Virus record (IMG/VR): IMGVR_UViG_3300021091_000059
Span: 6,089-70,088 of that record
Length of the DNA stretch: 64,000 nucleotides
From: a virus
Direction: 5' to 3' (one strand)
Shown piece after piece: positions 27,964-38,706 of the stretch. The notes beneath the pieces are model-generated. The model made no database searches, had not been told where the DNA came from, and worked only from the letters and a program-made list of their open reading frames with translations. Within the stretch, counting starts at the first letter, position 1. Each line of letters opens with the position of its first letter. The position numbers were made by a program, and so were the translations under genes.

Positions 27964-30504
27964 ATGTCAAATTATTATACAAGTGCCATAACTTTTGGTA
28001 ATCAAATCCTTTATCGTGGAATATCCAACGGTCGTCAAGTCAAAAGTAAAGTAGCTTATAAACCCACGCTATATTTGCCATCTAAAAAGGTAACAGAATG
28101 GAAAACACTTCATGGTGAATATGTTGAACCAATGAGGTTCGAAAATATTCGTGAAGCTCGTGACTTCGTGAAGCGATATGCAGAAGTAGATAACTTTAAG
28201 ATATTTGGTAATACCATGTATCAATATGCACTTATCGCTGAAAACCATCCAGAAGAAATTATTGATTGGAAGTATTCAGACCTATGTATTGCCAATCTTG
28301 ACATCGAAGTTGGATCTGAAAATGGATTTCCAGAACCAAAAACTGCAAGCGAACCTATTACAGCTATTACCGTTAAATTCTCTGATGATCGCATGTATTA
28401 TACATTTGGTTGCGGTGTCTATCAAAAACATCGTGATGATGTTCAATACATTTTCTGTAAAGATGAATATACTCTTATTAAAGAGTTTCTAATTGTTTGG
28501 CAACAAAAATCTCCACATGCAATAACCGGTTGGAACATTTATGGTTTTGATATTCCATATTTGGTTAATCGTATCAGTAGAATATCTGGTGAAGATGAAG
28601 CTAAAAAGTTATCGCCATGGGGTGTTATCAATGATCGTGAAGATATATTATATAACCGAAAATTTCAAATTTATGAAATTCTAGGCTGTGTAACATTAGA
28701 CTATATGCGTTTATTCCGTAAGTTTTCACCGAATCGATCACAAGAATCATATAGACTTGATCATATTGCACAGGTTGAAGGTGTTGGCCAAAAAATTTCA
28801 TATAATGAATATGATGGTCTTCATGATTTATATAAAAAGAATTACCAAAAGTTCATTGAATATAATATACGAGATGTTGAACTTGTTGAAAAATTAAATG
28901 CAAAAGGTCGCCTTATTGAAATGGCACTTACGATTGCTTATGATGCTAAAGTAAATTATGATGATATCTTTGCTCAAGTTCGTATGTGGGATACAATAAC
29001 ACATAATTATCTTCATCAAAAAAAGATTGTGGTACCACCGAAATTTGTATCTAAAAAAAATCAAGCTTATGAAGGTGCATATGTTAAAGAACCACAAATT
29101 GGTTTATTTAAATGGGTAGCATCGTTTGATTTAAATTCACTTTATCCACACTTAATGATGCAATACAATATTGCACCAGATACTATTGTTGAACCAAAAG
29201 ATTATACACCAAGAATGAGAGATATACTTTCACAAGGTATTACAGTTGAAAAGTTATTGCATCAAAAGATTGATTTAAGTGGTTTAGAGGGCGTAACTCT
29301 TACACCCAATGGTCAATTCTTTAGAACAAATAAACAAGGTTTCTTACCAGAGATTTTAGAAAAGATGTATAATGATCGAACAAAGTATAAGAATTCCATG
29401 TTAGAGGCTAAAAAGAAATATGAAACAGCAACCACAACTGAAGCTAAAAAAGAATACGGTGCATTAATATCTCGTTATGCCAATCTACAACTTACTAAAA
29501 AAGAATGTTTGAATTCTGCTTATGGTGCCTTAGGTTCTGAATACTTCCGATTCTTTGATATACGCCAAGCTGAGGGCATTACTATGGCGGGTCAATTAAG
29601 CATTCAATGGGTTGAAAGAAAGCTTAATGAATACCTCAATCGTTTATTAAAAACAGAAAATAAAGATTTTGTAATCGCAATTGATACTGATTCAGTTTAT
29701 CTTAACCTTGAACCATTGGTTAACTCTGTAATGAAAGATACAAGTGATACTAACAAAGTTATTAATTTTCTAGACAAAGTATGTGAAGATAAATTTCAAC
29801 CATTTATCGATAAATCATATCAAGAGTTGGCAGATTATATCCATGCTTATGATCAAAAGATGAAAATGAAACGTGAAAATCTAGCAGACAAAGCCATTTG
29901 GACTGCCAAGAAAAGATACATTATGAATGTGTATAATTCTGAAGGTGTTCAATATGCTGAACCTCAAATTAAGATTACAGGTCTTGAAGCTATTAAATCA
30001 TCTACACCAACAGCATGTCGTGATAAGATTAAAGAAGCCTTATACATAATTATGACAAGTGATGAAAATGAATTACACACAATGATTGAAAACTTTCGTG
30101 ATGAATTTAGAAAAATGCCTGTAGAAGATATTGCTTTTCCAAGATCAATGAATGGCCTAAATGAATACAAAGATTCTAAACACATCTGGTCTAAAGGCAC
30201 ACCAATTCATGTTCGTGGTGCTTTGGTCTATAATCATATGCTTGACCAATTAAATATATCTAAACAATATCAAAAGATTCAAGATGGCGAAAAAATTAAA
30301 TTTATCTATCTTCGTGAGCCAAATATATTTAAGACTGATATCATTTCTTTTACAAATAAAATGCCTAATGAATTTCGTGTTGATGAATTCATTGATTATG
30401 AAACACAATTTCAAAAGTCTTTCATTGATCCATTACAAATCATTTTAGATTGTATTGGCTGGAAAACTGAGAAAGCTAATTCGTTGGAGAGTTTCTTTGT
30501 CTGA
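27964..30504 (+). CDS. g43: Family B DNA polymerase gp43
   Basis: DIEV exonuclease, SFDLNSLYP, NSAYGALG and IDTDSVY; uninterrupted. Confidence 0.99.
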   Translation: MSNYYTSAITFGNQILYRGISNGRQVKSKVAYKPTLYLPSKKVTEWKTLHGEYVEPMRFENIREARDFVKRYAEVDNFKIFGNTMYQYALIAENHPEEIIDWKYSDLCIANLDIEVGSENGFPEPKTASEPITAITVKFSDDRMYYTFGCGVYQKHRDDVQYIFCKDEYTLIKEFLIVWQQKSPHAITGWNIYGFDIPYLVNRISRISGEDEAKKLSPWGVINDREDILYNRKFQIYEILGCVTLDYMRLFRKFSPNRSQESYRLDHIAQVEGVGQKISYNEYDGLHDLYKKNYQKFIEYNIRDVELVEKLNAKGRLIEMALTIAYDAKVNYDDIFAQVRMWDTITHNYLHQKKIVVPPKFVSKKNQAYEGAYVKEPQIGLFKWVASFDLNSLYPHLMMQYNIAPDTIVEPKDYTPRMRDILSQGITVEKLLHQKIDLSGLEGVTLTPNGQFFRTNKQGFLPEILEKMYNDRTKYKNSMLEAKKKYETATTTEAKKEYGALISRYANLQLTKKECLNSAYGALGSEYFRFFDIRQAEGITMAGQLSIQWVERKLNEYLNRLLKTENKDFVIAIDTDSVYLNLEPLVNSVMKDTSDTNKVINFLDKVCEDKFQPFIDKSYQELADYIHAYDQKMKMKRENLADKAIWTAKKRYIMNVYNSEGVQYAEPQIKITGLEAIKSSTPTACRDKIKEALYIIMTSDENELHTMIENFRDEFRKMPVEDIAFPRSMNGLNEYKDSKHIWSKGTPIHVRGALVYNHMLDQLNISKQYQKIQDGEKIKFIYLREPNIFKTDIISFTNKMPNEFRVDEFIDYETQFQKSFIDPLQIILDCIGWKTEKANSLESFFV

Positions 30505-31042
30505 TATTCGTATCATTAAAACTGGCATTAATGTTTCTAAAATTAAAGCTCAACTAGAACAATATGCTGATGATTGGGGCAATCAAAAAGAACTTGATTC
30601 TGCTCAACAATTAGACAAAGATATTTACACTATTAAAGCTGGAGTATTACAATTAATAGTTGGTGCTATATCAACACCTGGTGAAATGGCTTACAATACG
30701 GAACTTTCTGTTAAAGTGCCAGCATATGATAGACATACAGAGATTGTAAATTTTATGAAAAGACATTTTCATGCTCATTCTCGTTGTGGTTTCTTATCGT
30801 TACCAGTTGGCGAAATAGTAGGCACACACATAGACCAAGGCAGTTATTACTTAACCAAAGATAGATACCATCTTTCCATACAAGGCCGATATAAGTACCA
30901 TTGTGGTGATGATGAATTAATTGTAGAACCAGGCACACTTTTTTGGTTTGATAATAAAAAACCACATGGAGCTAAAAACATTGGAGATGAATTAAGAATT
31001 ACTTTTGTATTTGATGTGCCTCATCATAAAAGTAATCCATAA
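30497..31042 (+). CDS. Aspartyl/asparaginyl beta-hydroxylase-like 2OG-Fe(II) oxygenase
   Basis: HIDQGSYY, RYHLSI and WFDNKKPHGAKN..RI; start uncertain (TTG 30497 or ATG 30455). Confidence 0.75.
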   Translation: MSDIRIIKTGINVSKIKAQLEQYADDWGNQKELDSAQQLDKDIYTIKAGVLQLIVGAISTPGEMAYNTELSVKVPAYDRHTEIVNFMKRHFHAHSRCGFLSLPVGEIVGTHIDQGSYYLTKDRYHLSIQGRYKYHCGDDELIVEPGTLFWFDNKKPHGAKNIGDELRITFVFDVPHHKSNP

Positions 31043-31063
31043 CGGTAAATAATAATAAAACAC

Positions 31064-31093
31064 TTGACATACACACTAGATATACTGTATAAT
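31064..31093 (+). promoter_or_regulatory. sigma70-type promoter for uvsX
   Basis: TTGACA-18bp-TATAAT with TG extension. Confidence 0.65.
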
Positions 31094-31119
31094 ACGATAT
31101 AAACAATTGAGGAGTTTGC

Positions 31120-32187
31120 ATGAGTATATTAGATAAATTAAAAAAGAATTCTACTATCAAAGAAAGTTCTATTCTTTCCAAATCAAAGTTTTTCACCGAA
31201 AAAGATATAATTCCTACCGATGTGCCAATGGTGAATGTGGCATTATCAGGTCGCCTTGATGGCGGTTTAACACCAGGCCTCACGATGTGGGCTGGCCCAT
31301 CTAAACATTTTAAGACAGCTTTTAGTTTGCTCATGGCAAAATCATATATGAACAAATATCCTGATGCTGTATTACTATTCTATGATTCAGAGTTTGGTAC
31401 ACCAGTAAAATACTTTGAAACATTTCAGATTGATATGGAAAGAGTATTACATACTCCATTGACTGATATTGAGCAATTGAAGTTTGATATTATGCAACAA
31501 CTACAAGAGGTCAATCGTGGTGATAAATTGATTATTGTTTTAGATTCTATTGGTAATTTGGCATCTAAAAAAGAAGTTGAAGATGCCCTTGAAGGCAAAT
31601 CTGTGGCAGATATGTCAAGAGCTAAACAAGTTAAATCTTTATTCCGTATGGTGACACCACACCTAAACCTTAAAGATATTCCGATGGTTGTGGTGAATCA
31701 TACCTACAAAGAAATTGGTATGTTCCCTAAAGATATCGTTGGCGGTGGCACGGGTTCTTATTATTCGGCTGATAATATTTACATCATTGGTCGTCAACAA
31801 GAAAAAGATGGTACCGAAATTGTGGGTTATAACTTTATTATTAATGTTGAAAAATCAAGATACACCAAAGAAAAGGCAAAGATACCAATTGCCGTTTCAT
31901 TTGATGGTGGTATTCAGAAGTATTCTGGCCTTGTTGATATTGCAATTGAAGGTGGGTTTATTTCTAAACCAAGTCCTGGTTGGTATGCAAAGATTGACCG
32001 CAAGACTGGTGAGATTGGTGACCGTGTTCGTTTTGAAGCTACACAAACTGACGAATTTTGGAAAGACCTACTCTTTGATAACGACTTTAAAGAATATGTG
32101 AAGAAAAAATATGAAATCGCTTATAGTAGCATTATGGGAGAAGGTGCAGAATCTCCTGTGGTGGAAACAGAAGAAGAAGATGTATAA
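31120..32187 (+). CDS. uvsX: RecA-like recombinase UvsX
   Basis: AGPSKHFKT, FYDSEFG, DSIGNLASKKE and VGGGTGSYY. Confidence 0.97.
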   Translation: MSILDKLKKNSTIKESSILSKSKFFTEKDIIPTDVPMVNVALSGRLDGGLTPGLTMWAGPSKHFKTAFSLLMAKSYMNKYPDAVLLFYDSEFGTPVKYFETFQIDMERVLHTPLTDIEQLKFDIMQQLQEVNRGDKLIIVLDSIGNLASKKEVEDALEGKSVADMSRAKQVKSLFRMVTPHLNLKDIPMVVVNHTYKEIGMFPKDIVGGGTGSYYSADNIYIIGRQQEKDGTEIVGYNFIINVEKSRYTKEKAKIPIAVSFDGGIQKYSGLVDIAIEGGFISKPSPGWYAKIDRKTGEIGDRVRFEATQTDEFWKDLLFDNDFKEYVKKKYEIAYSSIMGEGAESPVVETEEEDV

Positions 32188-32494
32188 AGAAGGTATTGAT
32201 TACCAATTTGTAGATTTTAATGATTCAGAGCTTACAGGTATAGGACTTCTTATAGATGGTTATAAAGGAGTTCTTTATCATTACCATAAAGCTAGAGTTG
32301 TTGAAGAAGGTGAAATTGCCAGACTACAATTTGGTTATACTATCATAAATCCAGGTGAACACGATATTGACACCTTGACAAATGATGAAAAATTGCATAC
32401 CATTATGGGTGATATATTATCAGAAATATTATTGAAGAAACAAACCTACGATGAACAGACTAGAACAGACGATACTCAAGAATCTAATTTATAA
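32180..32494 (+). CDS. Hypothetical protein at the gp40 position
   Basis: Lies between uvsX and gp41; ATG 32180 overlaps the end of uvsX. Confidence 0.55.
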   Translation: MYKEGIDYQFVDFNDSELTGIGLLIDGYKGVLYHYHKARVVEEGEIARLQFGYTIINPGEHDIDTLTNDEKLHTIMGDILSEILLKKQTYDEQTRTDDTQESNL

Positions 32495-33848
32495 TGAAGA
32501 ATATACACGAAAAGTTTTACCATTTGTTCGTGCAGAATATTTTTCAGATAACAGCGAGCGTTTAGTATTCCGTGAAATATTTGAATTTATTCATAAATAT
32601 AAAAATCCACCAACACACGAAGCTCTTGTAATTAATTTCACAGAAAAGAAATCTCTCACAGAGGCTGAAGTTTCTAATGCAATTGATCTTCTTAAACAAA
32701 TTAATCTTGTTAAAAATGAACCAACTGAAACACAATGGCTCATTGAACAAACTGAAAAGTTTTGTCAAGATAAAGCCATCTATAATGCAATTATGGAATC
32801 TGTTGGTATTCTTGACCATAAAAATATTAAAAAATCAAAAGGTGAAATCCCTAAATTATTAAGTGATGCTCTTGGCGTAGCATTTAATAATAATGTTGGT
32901 CATGATTACATTAATGATTCAGATTCTCGTTATGATTTTTATCATGCAGTAGAATCTCGTGTTCGTTTTGATCTAGATTTATTTAATAAAATTACCAAAG
33001 GTGGTCTTCCAGTTAAAACATTAAATATTGTTTTGGCAGGAACTGGTGTTGGTAAATCTCTGTTTATGTGTCATATGTCAGCTGCTGCTCTTGCACAAGG
33101 TCTTAATGTGTTGTATATCACAATGGAAATGGCCGAAGAGAAGATTGCAGAGCGTATTGATGCTAACTTGTTAAATATTAATTTAAATGAACTTCACACT
33201 TTATCTAAATCTGATTATAGCCGTAAGTTTGATACTGTCAAAGCAAAAACTGATGGTAAATTAATTATCAAAGAATATCCAACAGCTGCAGCCTCTGTAT
33301 TGCATTTCAGAGCTTTAATCAATGAACTTCAACTGAAAAAAAACTTTGTACCTCAAATTATATTTGTTGATTACCTTAATATTTGTACCTCAGCACGAGT
33401 TAAACCTGGTGCTAACGTGAATACTTATTCTTACATCAAGTCTATTGCCGAAGAACTTCGTGGTCTTGCTGTAGAGAATAATGTGCCAATTGTGTCCGCA
33501 ACCCAAACCACAAGGTCAGGTTTTACAAACTCCGATCCTGGCCTTGAGGACACATCTGAATCTTTTGGTCTACCAGCAACTGCTGACTTTATGTTTGCTT
33601 TGGTGACCAACGAAGAACTTGAAGGACTAAATCAGATTCTTGTTAAACAGTTAAAGAATCGTTATTCTGACCCAACTTATTATAAACGATTTGTTATTGG
33701 TGTTGATAGAGCAAAAATGAGATTGTATGATGCTGAAATAACAGCACAAAATAACCTTGCTGATTCTGGTCAAGTAGATGATAAACCATTAAATAGTTTT
33801 GGTAATCGTGAAAGAGATTATAATAAATTTGAAGACTTCAAGTTATAA
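32451..33848 (+). CDS. g41: Replicative helicase gp41
   Basis: AGTGVGKS, IIKEYPT, DYLNI, SATQTTRSG and QLKNRY. Confidence 0.98.
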   Translation: MNRLEQTILKNLIYNEEYTRKVLPFVRAEYFSDNSERLVFREIFEFIHKYKNPPTHEALVINFTEKKSLTEAEVSNAIDLLKQINLVKNEPTETQWLIEQTEKFCQDKAIYNAIMESVGILDHKNIKKSKGEIPKLLSDALGVAFNNNVGHDYINDSDSRYDFYHAVESRVRFDLDLFNKITKGGLPVKTLNIVLAGTGVGKSLFMCHMSAAALAQGLNVLYITMEMAEEKIAERIDANLLNINLNELHTLSKSDYSRKFDTVKAKTDGKLIIKEYPTAAASVLHFRALINELQLKKNFVPQIIFVDYLNICTSARVKPGANVNTYSYIKSIAEELRGLAVENNVPIVSATQTTRSGFTNSDPGLEDTSESFGLPATADFMFALVTNEELEGLNQILVKQLKNRYSDPTYYKRFVIGVDRAKMRLYDAEITAQNNLADSGQVDDKPLNSFGNRERDYNKFEDFKL

Positions 33849-34966
33849 TGAAACTGAATAAAGAACAAGCTCTATTTTGTGCCAAATATATGGAAGATTA
33901 CTACCATCATTTTGACCGTATTGATGACTATATGCGTAGTCAGAAAAAAACACAAATATCAGAATTGCCATCTCATCTTCCAGGTATGGGACCAGAAGAA
34001 GATTTGTTTTCTGATTTTACTATACACCCTAATGATATGGAATTTGAAATTGTAAATTTAGGTTCTACTCGTTGGTGGGATTACATTACAATTATCTCAT
34101 CACATTTAATATCAAGAGCTGTTCCTGGTAGATGTATTCAGTTTGCTATATTTGAAAAAAATACAAAAAAGATTGTTGGTTTTATTCGTCTTGGTTCACC
34201 GGTGATTAATTGTAAACCTCGTAACGAGTTACTTAGGCAAGTATTCACACAATCTAAAGAATCAGCTGCTAATTTTAATAATACAACAGCTATGGGTTTT
34301 ACTATTGTTCCATCACAACCTTTTGGTTATAATTATCTAGGTGGTAAGTTGTTGGCAGCTCTATGTTGTTCACATGAAATTCGTGAACTAATGAATGAAA
34401 AATATAAAATGAACTTATGTTTATTTGAAACAACAAGTCTTTATGGATCTTCTAAAGCTATATCACAATATGACGGTATGAAACCATATCTCCGATTCAA
34501 AGGTTTAACTGATAGTAATTTTGTTCCTATGCTTGATGGTGAAGCTTATAAGAAACTTAAAGACTATGTTGAAGAATGTACCGGCGAACAACTCATTGAC
34601 CCAACAGATTCAAGTAAAAAATTAAAAGCAACACTAAAAGTAATAAGCATGGTTAAAGTTGCACTCAAAGGTGAACCGGAACTGGTCAAATTCAATGAAG
34701 TAATTGAAAAAGCAAAAGGTCTCACAGAGAGAAAAAGATACTATATTTCAAATTATGGATTTAAGAACTTTGTTGATGTGGTTAATGGCAAAGATACTAA
34801 ACTCATTCCTGACCCCGAAAACTATGATAAATTCTACATGAAAAACATAGTGGACTGGTGGAAAAAGAAAGCCTCCAATCGTTATGAAACGCTAAAATCT
34901 GAAAGTCGCATTAGAACTGATATGGAAGTTTGGACCTCTGGAAAAGAGCTTGACATTATTCGGTAA
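33848..34966 (+). CDS. DUF4338/DruA-like (GNAT/Mom-related) protein, paralog 2
   Basis: PGR..FAIFEK..KKIVGFIRLGS, QPFGYNYLGGKLLA and ETTSLYG..SQYDG; aligns by eye with 13777..15057. Confidence 0.7.
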   Translation: MKLNKEQALFCAKYMEDYYHHFDRIDDYMRSQKKTQISELPSHLPGMGPEEDLFSDFTIHPNDMEFEIVNLGSTRWWDYITIISSHLISRAVPGRCIQFAIFEKNTKKIVGFIRLGSPVINCKPRNELLRQVFTQSKESAANFNNTTAMGFTIVPSQPFGYNYLGGKLLAALCCSHEIRELMNEKYKMNLCLFETTSLYGSSKAISQYDGMKPYLRFKGLTDSNFVPMLDGEAYKKLKDYVEECTGEQLIDPTDSSKKLKATLKVISMVKVALKGEPELVKFNEVIEKAKGLTERKRYYISNYGFKNFVDVVNGKDTKLIPDPENYDKFYMKNIVDWWKKKASNRYETLKSESRIRTDMEVWTSGKELDIIR

Positions 34967-34983
34967 TTATGTTAGCATAAATA
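34950..34983 (+). promoter_or_regulatory. Overlapping sigma70 (TTGACA-17-TAGCAT) and late-like (CATAAATA) promoters
   Basis: Consensus-like elements upstream of ORF 35015. Confidence 0.5.
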
Positions 34984-35014
34984 CTCTAATAATTAAAAAA
35001 AAAAGGAGTGTTGA

Positions 35015-36274
35015 ATGGCAGATTCCCCAAAAGAAGGCGAGGCGGCCCAAGCCCTATTTTGTGCAATAGCTGACAATCTTGGCGCCACAAAAACTTCAAA
35101 AGAATTTGACCTTAAAAAATTACCAAATTATAAAACTTTTAAACAACATTATGGTAAATTGATAGATGATTGTTTTAAAAAAACCGATTTGCCATCAATC
35201 ACATTAATTGAAATTGAGAAGTTTTTAAATGATTCTGCTGGTTGGTATGAATCGTCATTAAATATTGCTAAAAAACTTATTGTTGATATTAAAAGTATAA
35301 GTTTAAAGTTTTCAAAGATTCAAGCACCAAAATGGCAAGACTTTATGTATGTTCGTGGAGCTGCAAAAGAAAAAGGACGAAATTCAAATGCTATGGAAAA
35401 TATAGCCTATTTGTTTGATGTCGCCAACAAAAATGAAGGTAATTATTTTGGTGATATTAACAAATGGAGTCCTGCTGACATTTACTTTGTTTCTAAAAAA
35501 GGAACTGAGGTTATTTTGAAAGAAGTTAAATTAGTAGAAGGCAAATTAAATAAATCGTATAATTTCATCAATTTAAACAAAATAACTGGTCAATTGGTTA
35601 GTGACGGTGAATTACTTCCATTATCACTAAAAAAAGCGGAAAATGAAGTTAAAATAGTAAAAGTTAATTTCAAAAGGTCTGATGAAGAAAAATATTTAAG
35701 TAACATTGAATATTATGGTGTGAGTGATTGGAGTAAAAAATATACTAGAGCAAAACCCGTAACTAGAGATATTAAAATTTATTTTAGTAAAGATAAAAAA
35801 GATAAACTTAAAATACGCCATGATCCATATAGTGGAAATTATGGAGTAAATAAAGCGGTTAAGTGTGAGATTGAGGTTACTGGTGCTGGTGGTCGTGGTG
35901 GATCTGTTGTTGGTATTCCATTGATTGCTCAGATTTTATCAGAAGTTGATAAATCTCTTGGTCAAAATCTAAAAACAGCCTTCAATACCGGTATTGTTAA
36001 ATATACCACAGAGTTAGCAAAAGTTAATAAAACATTTAAAGTTAAATCTGGAATAAAATTAGAAAATCCAGCAAAAGAACTTTATGATGAAGAAAGAGCA
36101 ACATTGAGTGCTCTGTATGTAGCAAATGCTATTATGCCAGTAATATATAATTGGTTTAAAAAAAATGAAGATAATGAAAAATTAAAACCATTAAATACAA
36201 AAGCTGTTCAGAAATTTATTGAATATACTTCAAGTAGGACTATAAAATCAGGCAAATTTGTAATTGCAAAATAA
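35015..36274 (+). CDS. Putative PD-(D/E)XK-type nuclease
   Basis: DINKWSPADIY...LLPLSLKK motif; Lys-rich. Confidence 0.5.
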   Translation: MADSPKEGEAAQALFCAIADNLGATKTSKEFDLKKLPNYKTFKQHYGKLIDDCFKKTDLPSITLIEIEKFLNDSAGWYESSLNIAKKLIVDIKSISLKFSKIQAPKWQDFMYVRGAAKEKGRNSNAMENIAYLFDVANKNEGNYFGDINKWSPADIYFVSKKGTEVILKEVKLVEGKLNKSYNFINLNKITGQLVSDGELLPLSLKKAENEVKIVKVNFKRSDEEKYLSNIEYYGVSDWSKKYTRAKPVTRDIKIYFSKDKKDKLKIRHDPYSGNYGVNKAVKCEIEVTGAGGRGGSVVGIPLIAQILSEVDKSLGQNLKTAFNTGIVKYTTELAKVNKTFKVKSGIKLENPAKELYDEERATLSALYVANAIMPVIYNWFKKNEDNEKLKPLNTKAVQKFIEYTSSRTIKSGKFVIAK

Positions 36275-36282
36275 GAGATAAA

Positions 36283-37512
36283 ATGAAATTCACAGAATAC
36301 TTAACAGAAGGCAAAGAAGGCAAGAATGTTCATCTTGAACACATTGAAGATGAAGTTCTTAATCGTGGTGTAGCCGGCACTCGTGATTCAATTAATTTTC
36401 TTCGTTCATTACGAGATATGTTAGCAGGCAACGCTGAATCAAAAGTAAATATCACTACAAAATGGGACGGCGCACCTGCTGTATTTGCTGGTATCAATCC
36501 AGAGAATGGTAAATTCTTCGTAGGAACTAAAGGCGTTTTTGCAAAGAATGCTAAATTAAATTATACAGATAAAGATATTAACATAAATCATCCAGCTGAG
36601 GGTCTTAATAAGAAACTTAAAGTTGCATTAAGATACTTACCAAAACTAGGTATTAAAGGTGTTTTACAGGGTGACATGATGTTCACTAAAGGTGATTTGA
36701 AAAATGAAGTCATTGATGGTACCGATTACATTACATTTCAACCAAATACAATTGTGTATGCTGTTCCTGTTGATTCTAAATTAGCACAGATGATGATGGC
36801 TGCACAAATAGGTGTGGTGTTTCATACTTCATATACAGGTAAAAAATTGGAAGATATGAAAGCTTCATTTAATATTGATGTTAATAATCTAACGACAACC
36901 AAAGATATTTGGTTCCGTGATGCTTCTTTTGTAGATGCCTCAGGTACAGCTACATTTACAGCACAAGAAACAAAACAAATTACAAATATTTTATCTGATA
37001 TTGGTAGTTTATTCAGAGGAATTAATCCTGTGGTGTTAAATAGAATAGCAACAACAGAAATCATTAGAACACAAATTAAAACATTTAACAATTCTAAAGT
37101 TCGTGCAGGTCAAGTCATTGGTGATACATTTAAACATGTTCGTGAATTAACTCGTTTTATTGAAGATAAGTTAAATAAAGAAATACTTTCTGCTAAATTA
37201 GATAAAACTAAAAAGAAAAGAATTGCTGAGAAATCAGAATTGATGAGGTTTTATCGTAATAATGCAACAGAATTAAAAAAGATATTTGATATTCAAAATG
37301 GTTTAGTTGAATCTAAATCAATGATTGTTAAAAAGTTACAACAAATTCGTCAGGTCACAGGAACATTTCTAAAAACAGATAAAGGTTTCAAGATTACAAA
37401 CGCAGAAGGTTTTGTGGCCGTAGATAAACTAAAAGGTAACGCAGTTAAATTAGTTGATAGGCTTGAGTTTAGTCAGGCTAATTTCAATGCTGCGAAATCC
37501 TGGGAGAAATAA
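36283..37512 (+). CDS. DUF6267-like protein with ligase/nucleotidyltransferase motif; capsid-targeting N-terminus
   Basis: KNVHLEHIED, TTKWDGAP (KxDG), QGDMMF, EGFV and KLVDR resemble ligase motifs I/III/IV/V. Confidence 0.65.
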   Translation: MKFTEYLTEGKEGKNVHLEHIEDEVLNRGVAGTRDSINFLRSLRDMLAGNAESKVNITTKWDGAPAVFAGINPENGKFFVGTKGVFAKNAKLNYTDKDININHPAEGLNKKLKVALRYLPKLGIKGVLQGDMMFTKGDLKNEVIDGTDYITFQPNTIVYAVPVDSKLAQMMMAAQIGVVFHTSYTGKKLEDMKASFNIDVNNLTTTKDIWFRDASFVDASGTATFTAQETKQITNILSDIGSLFRGINPVVLNRIATTEIIRTQIKTFNNSKVRAGQVIGDTFKHVRELTRFIEDKLNKEILSAKLDKTKKKRIAEKSELMRFYRNNATELKKIFDIQNGLVESKSMIVKKLQQIRQVTGTFLKTDKGFKITNAEGFVAVDKLKGNAVKLVDRLEFSQANFNAAKSWEK

Positions 37513-37513
37513 A

Positions 37514-37786
37514 ATGGCATATGATTTAACCAAAATATTACAAGAGTATGGTGATAACGATTTCGGCTTTACGGCTGTAGATGAAGCGGAATACAATGCA
37601 GTTATCGCACAAAAAGACGAAACAGTTGAAGAATATAAATCAAGACTTCAACAAGTAGAAAAGATTGTAATGCCTCTTTTGATTAATTTATTGAAAACAG
37701 CTAATCAACCAATTATTAAATGGCCTAATCGTAAACCTATTTTAGAATCACAAATTGAAAAGATAATTAAGCTTACAAGAGATTAA
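37514..37786 (+). CDS. Hypothetical protein
   Basis: GGAG RBS; DFGFTAVDE...IKWPNR. Confidence 0.6.
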   Translation: MAYDLTKILQEYGDNDFGFTAVDEAEYNAVIAQKDETVEEYKSRLQQVEKIVMPLLINLLKTANQPIIKWPNRKPILESQIEKIIKLTRD

Positions 37787-37787
37787 A

Positions 37788-38402
37788 ATGAAATCATTTT
37801 ACGGTTTTATTACTGAAGAATTCAAAGATGGTGGACTAACCATATTTGATATTGATGACACTTTGTTCAAAACAACAGCTCGTGTCAATGTTAAAAAAGG
37901 TAATAAGATTATTAAAAGACTTGCTCCACATTCATACAATACATATGAATTAAAAGATGGCGAAGAATTTGATTTCAAAGAATTTCGTGATGCTGAAAAG
38001 TTTTACAATGAATCTAAACCTATTAAAGGTATGATGGCCAAAGCTAAGGCAATTCTAAAAAACTCATTGAAAAGCGAATTAAGTCGTGTTATTATTGTAA
38101 CAGCACGAGATGACCTTGATGATCGTGAAAAGTTTTTAGATACATTTCGTAAATATGGTTTTGATATTGATCGTGTTCGTGTTGAAAGAGCTGGTAAAAT
38201 TAAAGATATTCGTGGCACAGCTATTTCAAAGATGGTTATTATTCGAAACTATTTAAATACCAAGCAGTTTTCAAGAGTAAGATTGTTTGATGATTCAATT
38301 GAAAATCTAAAAGCATTCTTACATCTACAAAAAGAATTTGAAGATATTAAGTTTGAAGCCTATTTCGTTAAAGAAGATGGCACAATAAGGACAGTTAAAT
38401 AA
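37788..38402 (+). CDS. HAD-family phosphatase (PNKP 3'-phosphatase / RNA-repair-like)
   Basis: IFDIDDTL, VTAR, K and LFDDS HAD motifs I-IV. Confidence 0.8.
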   Translation: MKSFYGFITEEFKDGGLTIFDIDDTLFKTTARVNVKKGNKIIKRLAPHSYNTYELKDGEEFDFKEFRDAEKFYNESKPIKGMMAKAKAILKNSLKSELSRVIIVTARDDLDDREKFLDTFRKYGFDIDRVRVERAGKIKDIRGTAISKMVIIRNYLNTKQFSRVRLFDDSIENLKAFLHLQKEFEDIKFEAYFVKEDGTIRTVK

Positions 38403-38686
38403 TGTTAAAACAAGTCAATGGTCGCTGGGCATTAGTGTCAAAAAAGACACAGAGACCTTTAGCTTATTATAAGGGTGAGGGCAAACCATCTGACGAATGG
38501 GTTGCTAAACATGAAAGAAGAATTCAATTCTTTAAAAGTGGTATGAATGAAGCTGTGAGTTCTGATATTCTACCTAAATCGGGTGCAGGACAAGAGGGAA
38601 CAGATACATTATTAAAATCGTATCAAAAAGATACACCCGGCCAATCTAAAATTATAGGATTCAAACAGTACCGCAAGACTAAATAA
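38402..38686 (+). CDS. Small hypothetical (probable internal head) protein
   Basis: Basic module plus GAGQEGTD module separated by MNE. Confidence 0.5.
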   Translation: MLKQVNGRWALVSKKTQRPLAYYKGEGKPSDEWVAKHERRIQFFKSGMNEAVSSDILPKSGAGQEGTDTLLKSYQKDTPGQSKIIGFKQYRKTK

Positions 38687-38706
38687 AATATATTATTGGA
38701 GTTATT

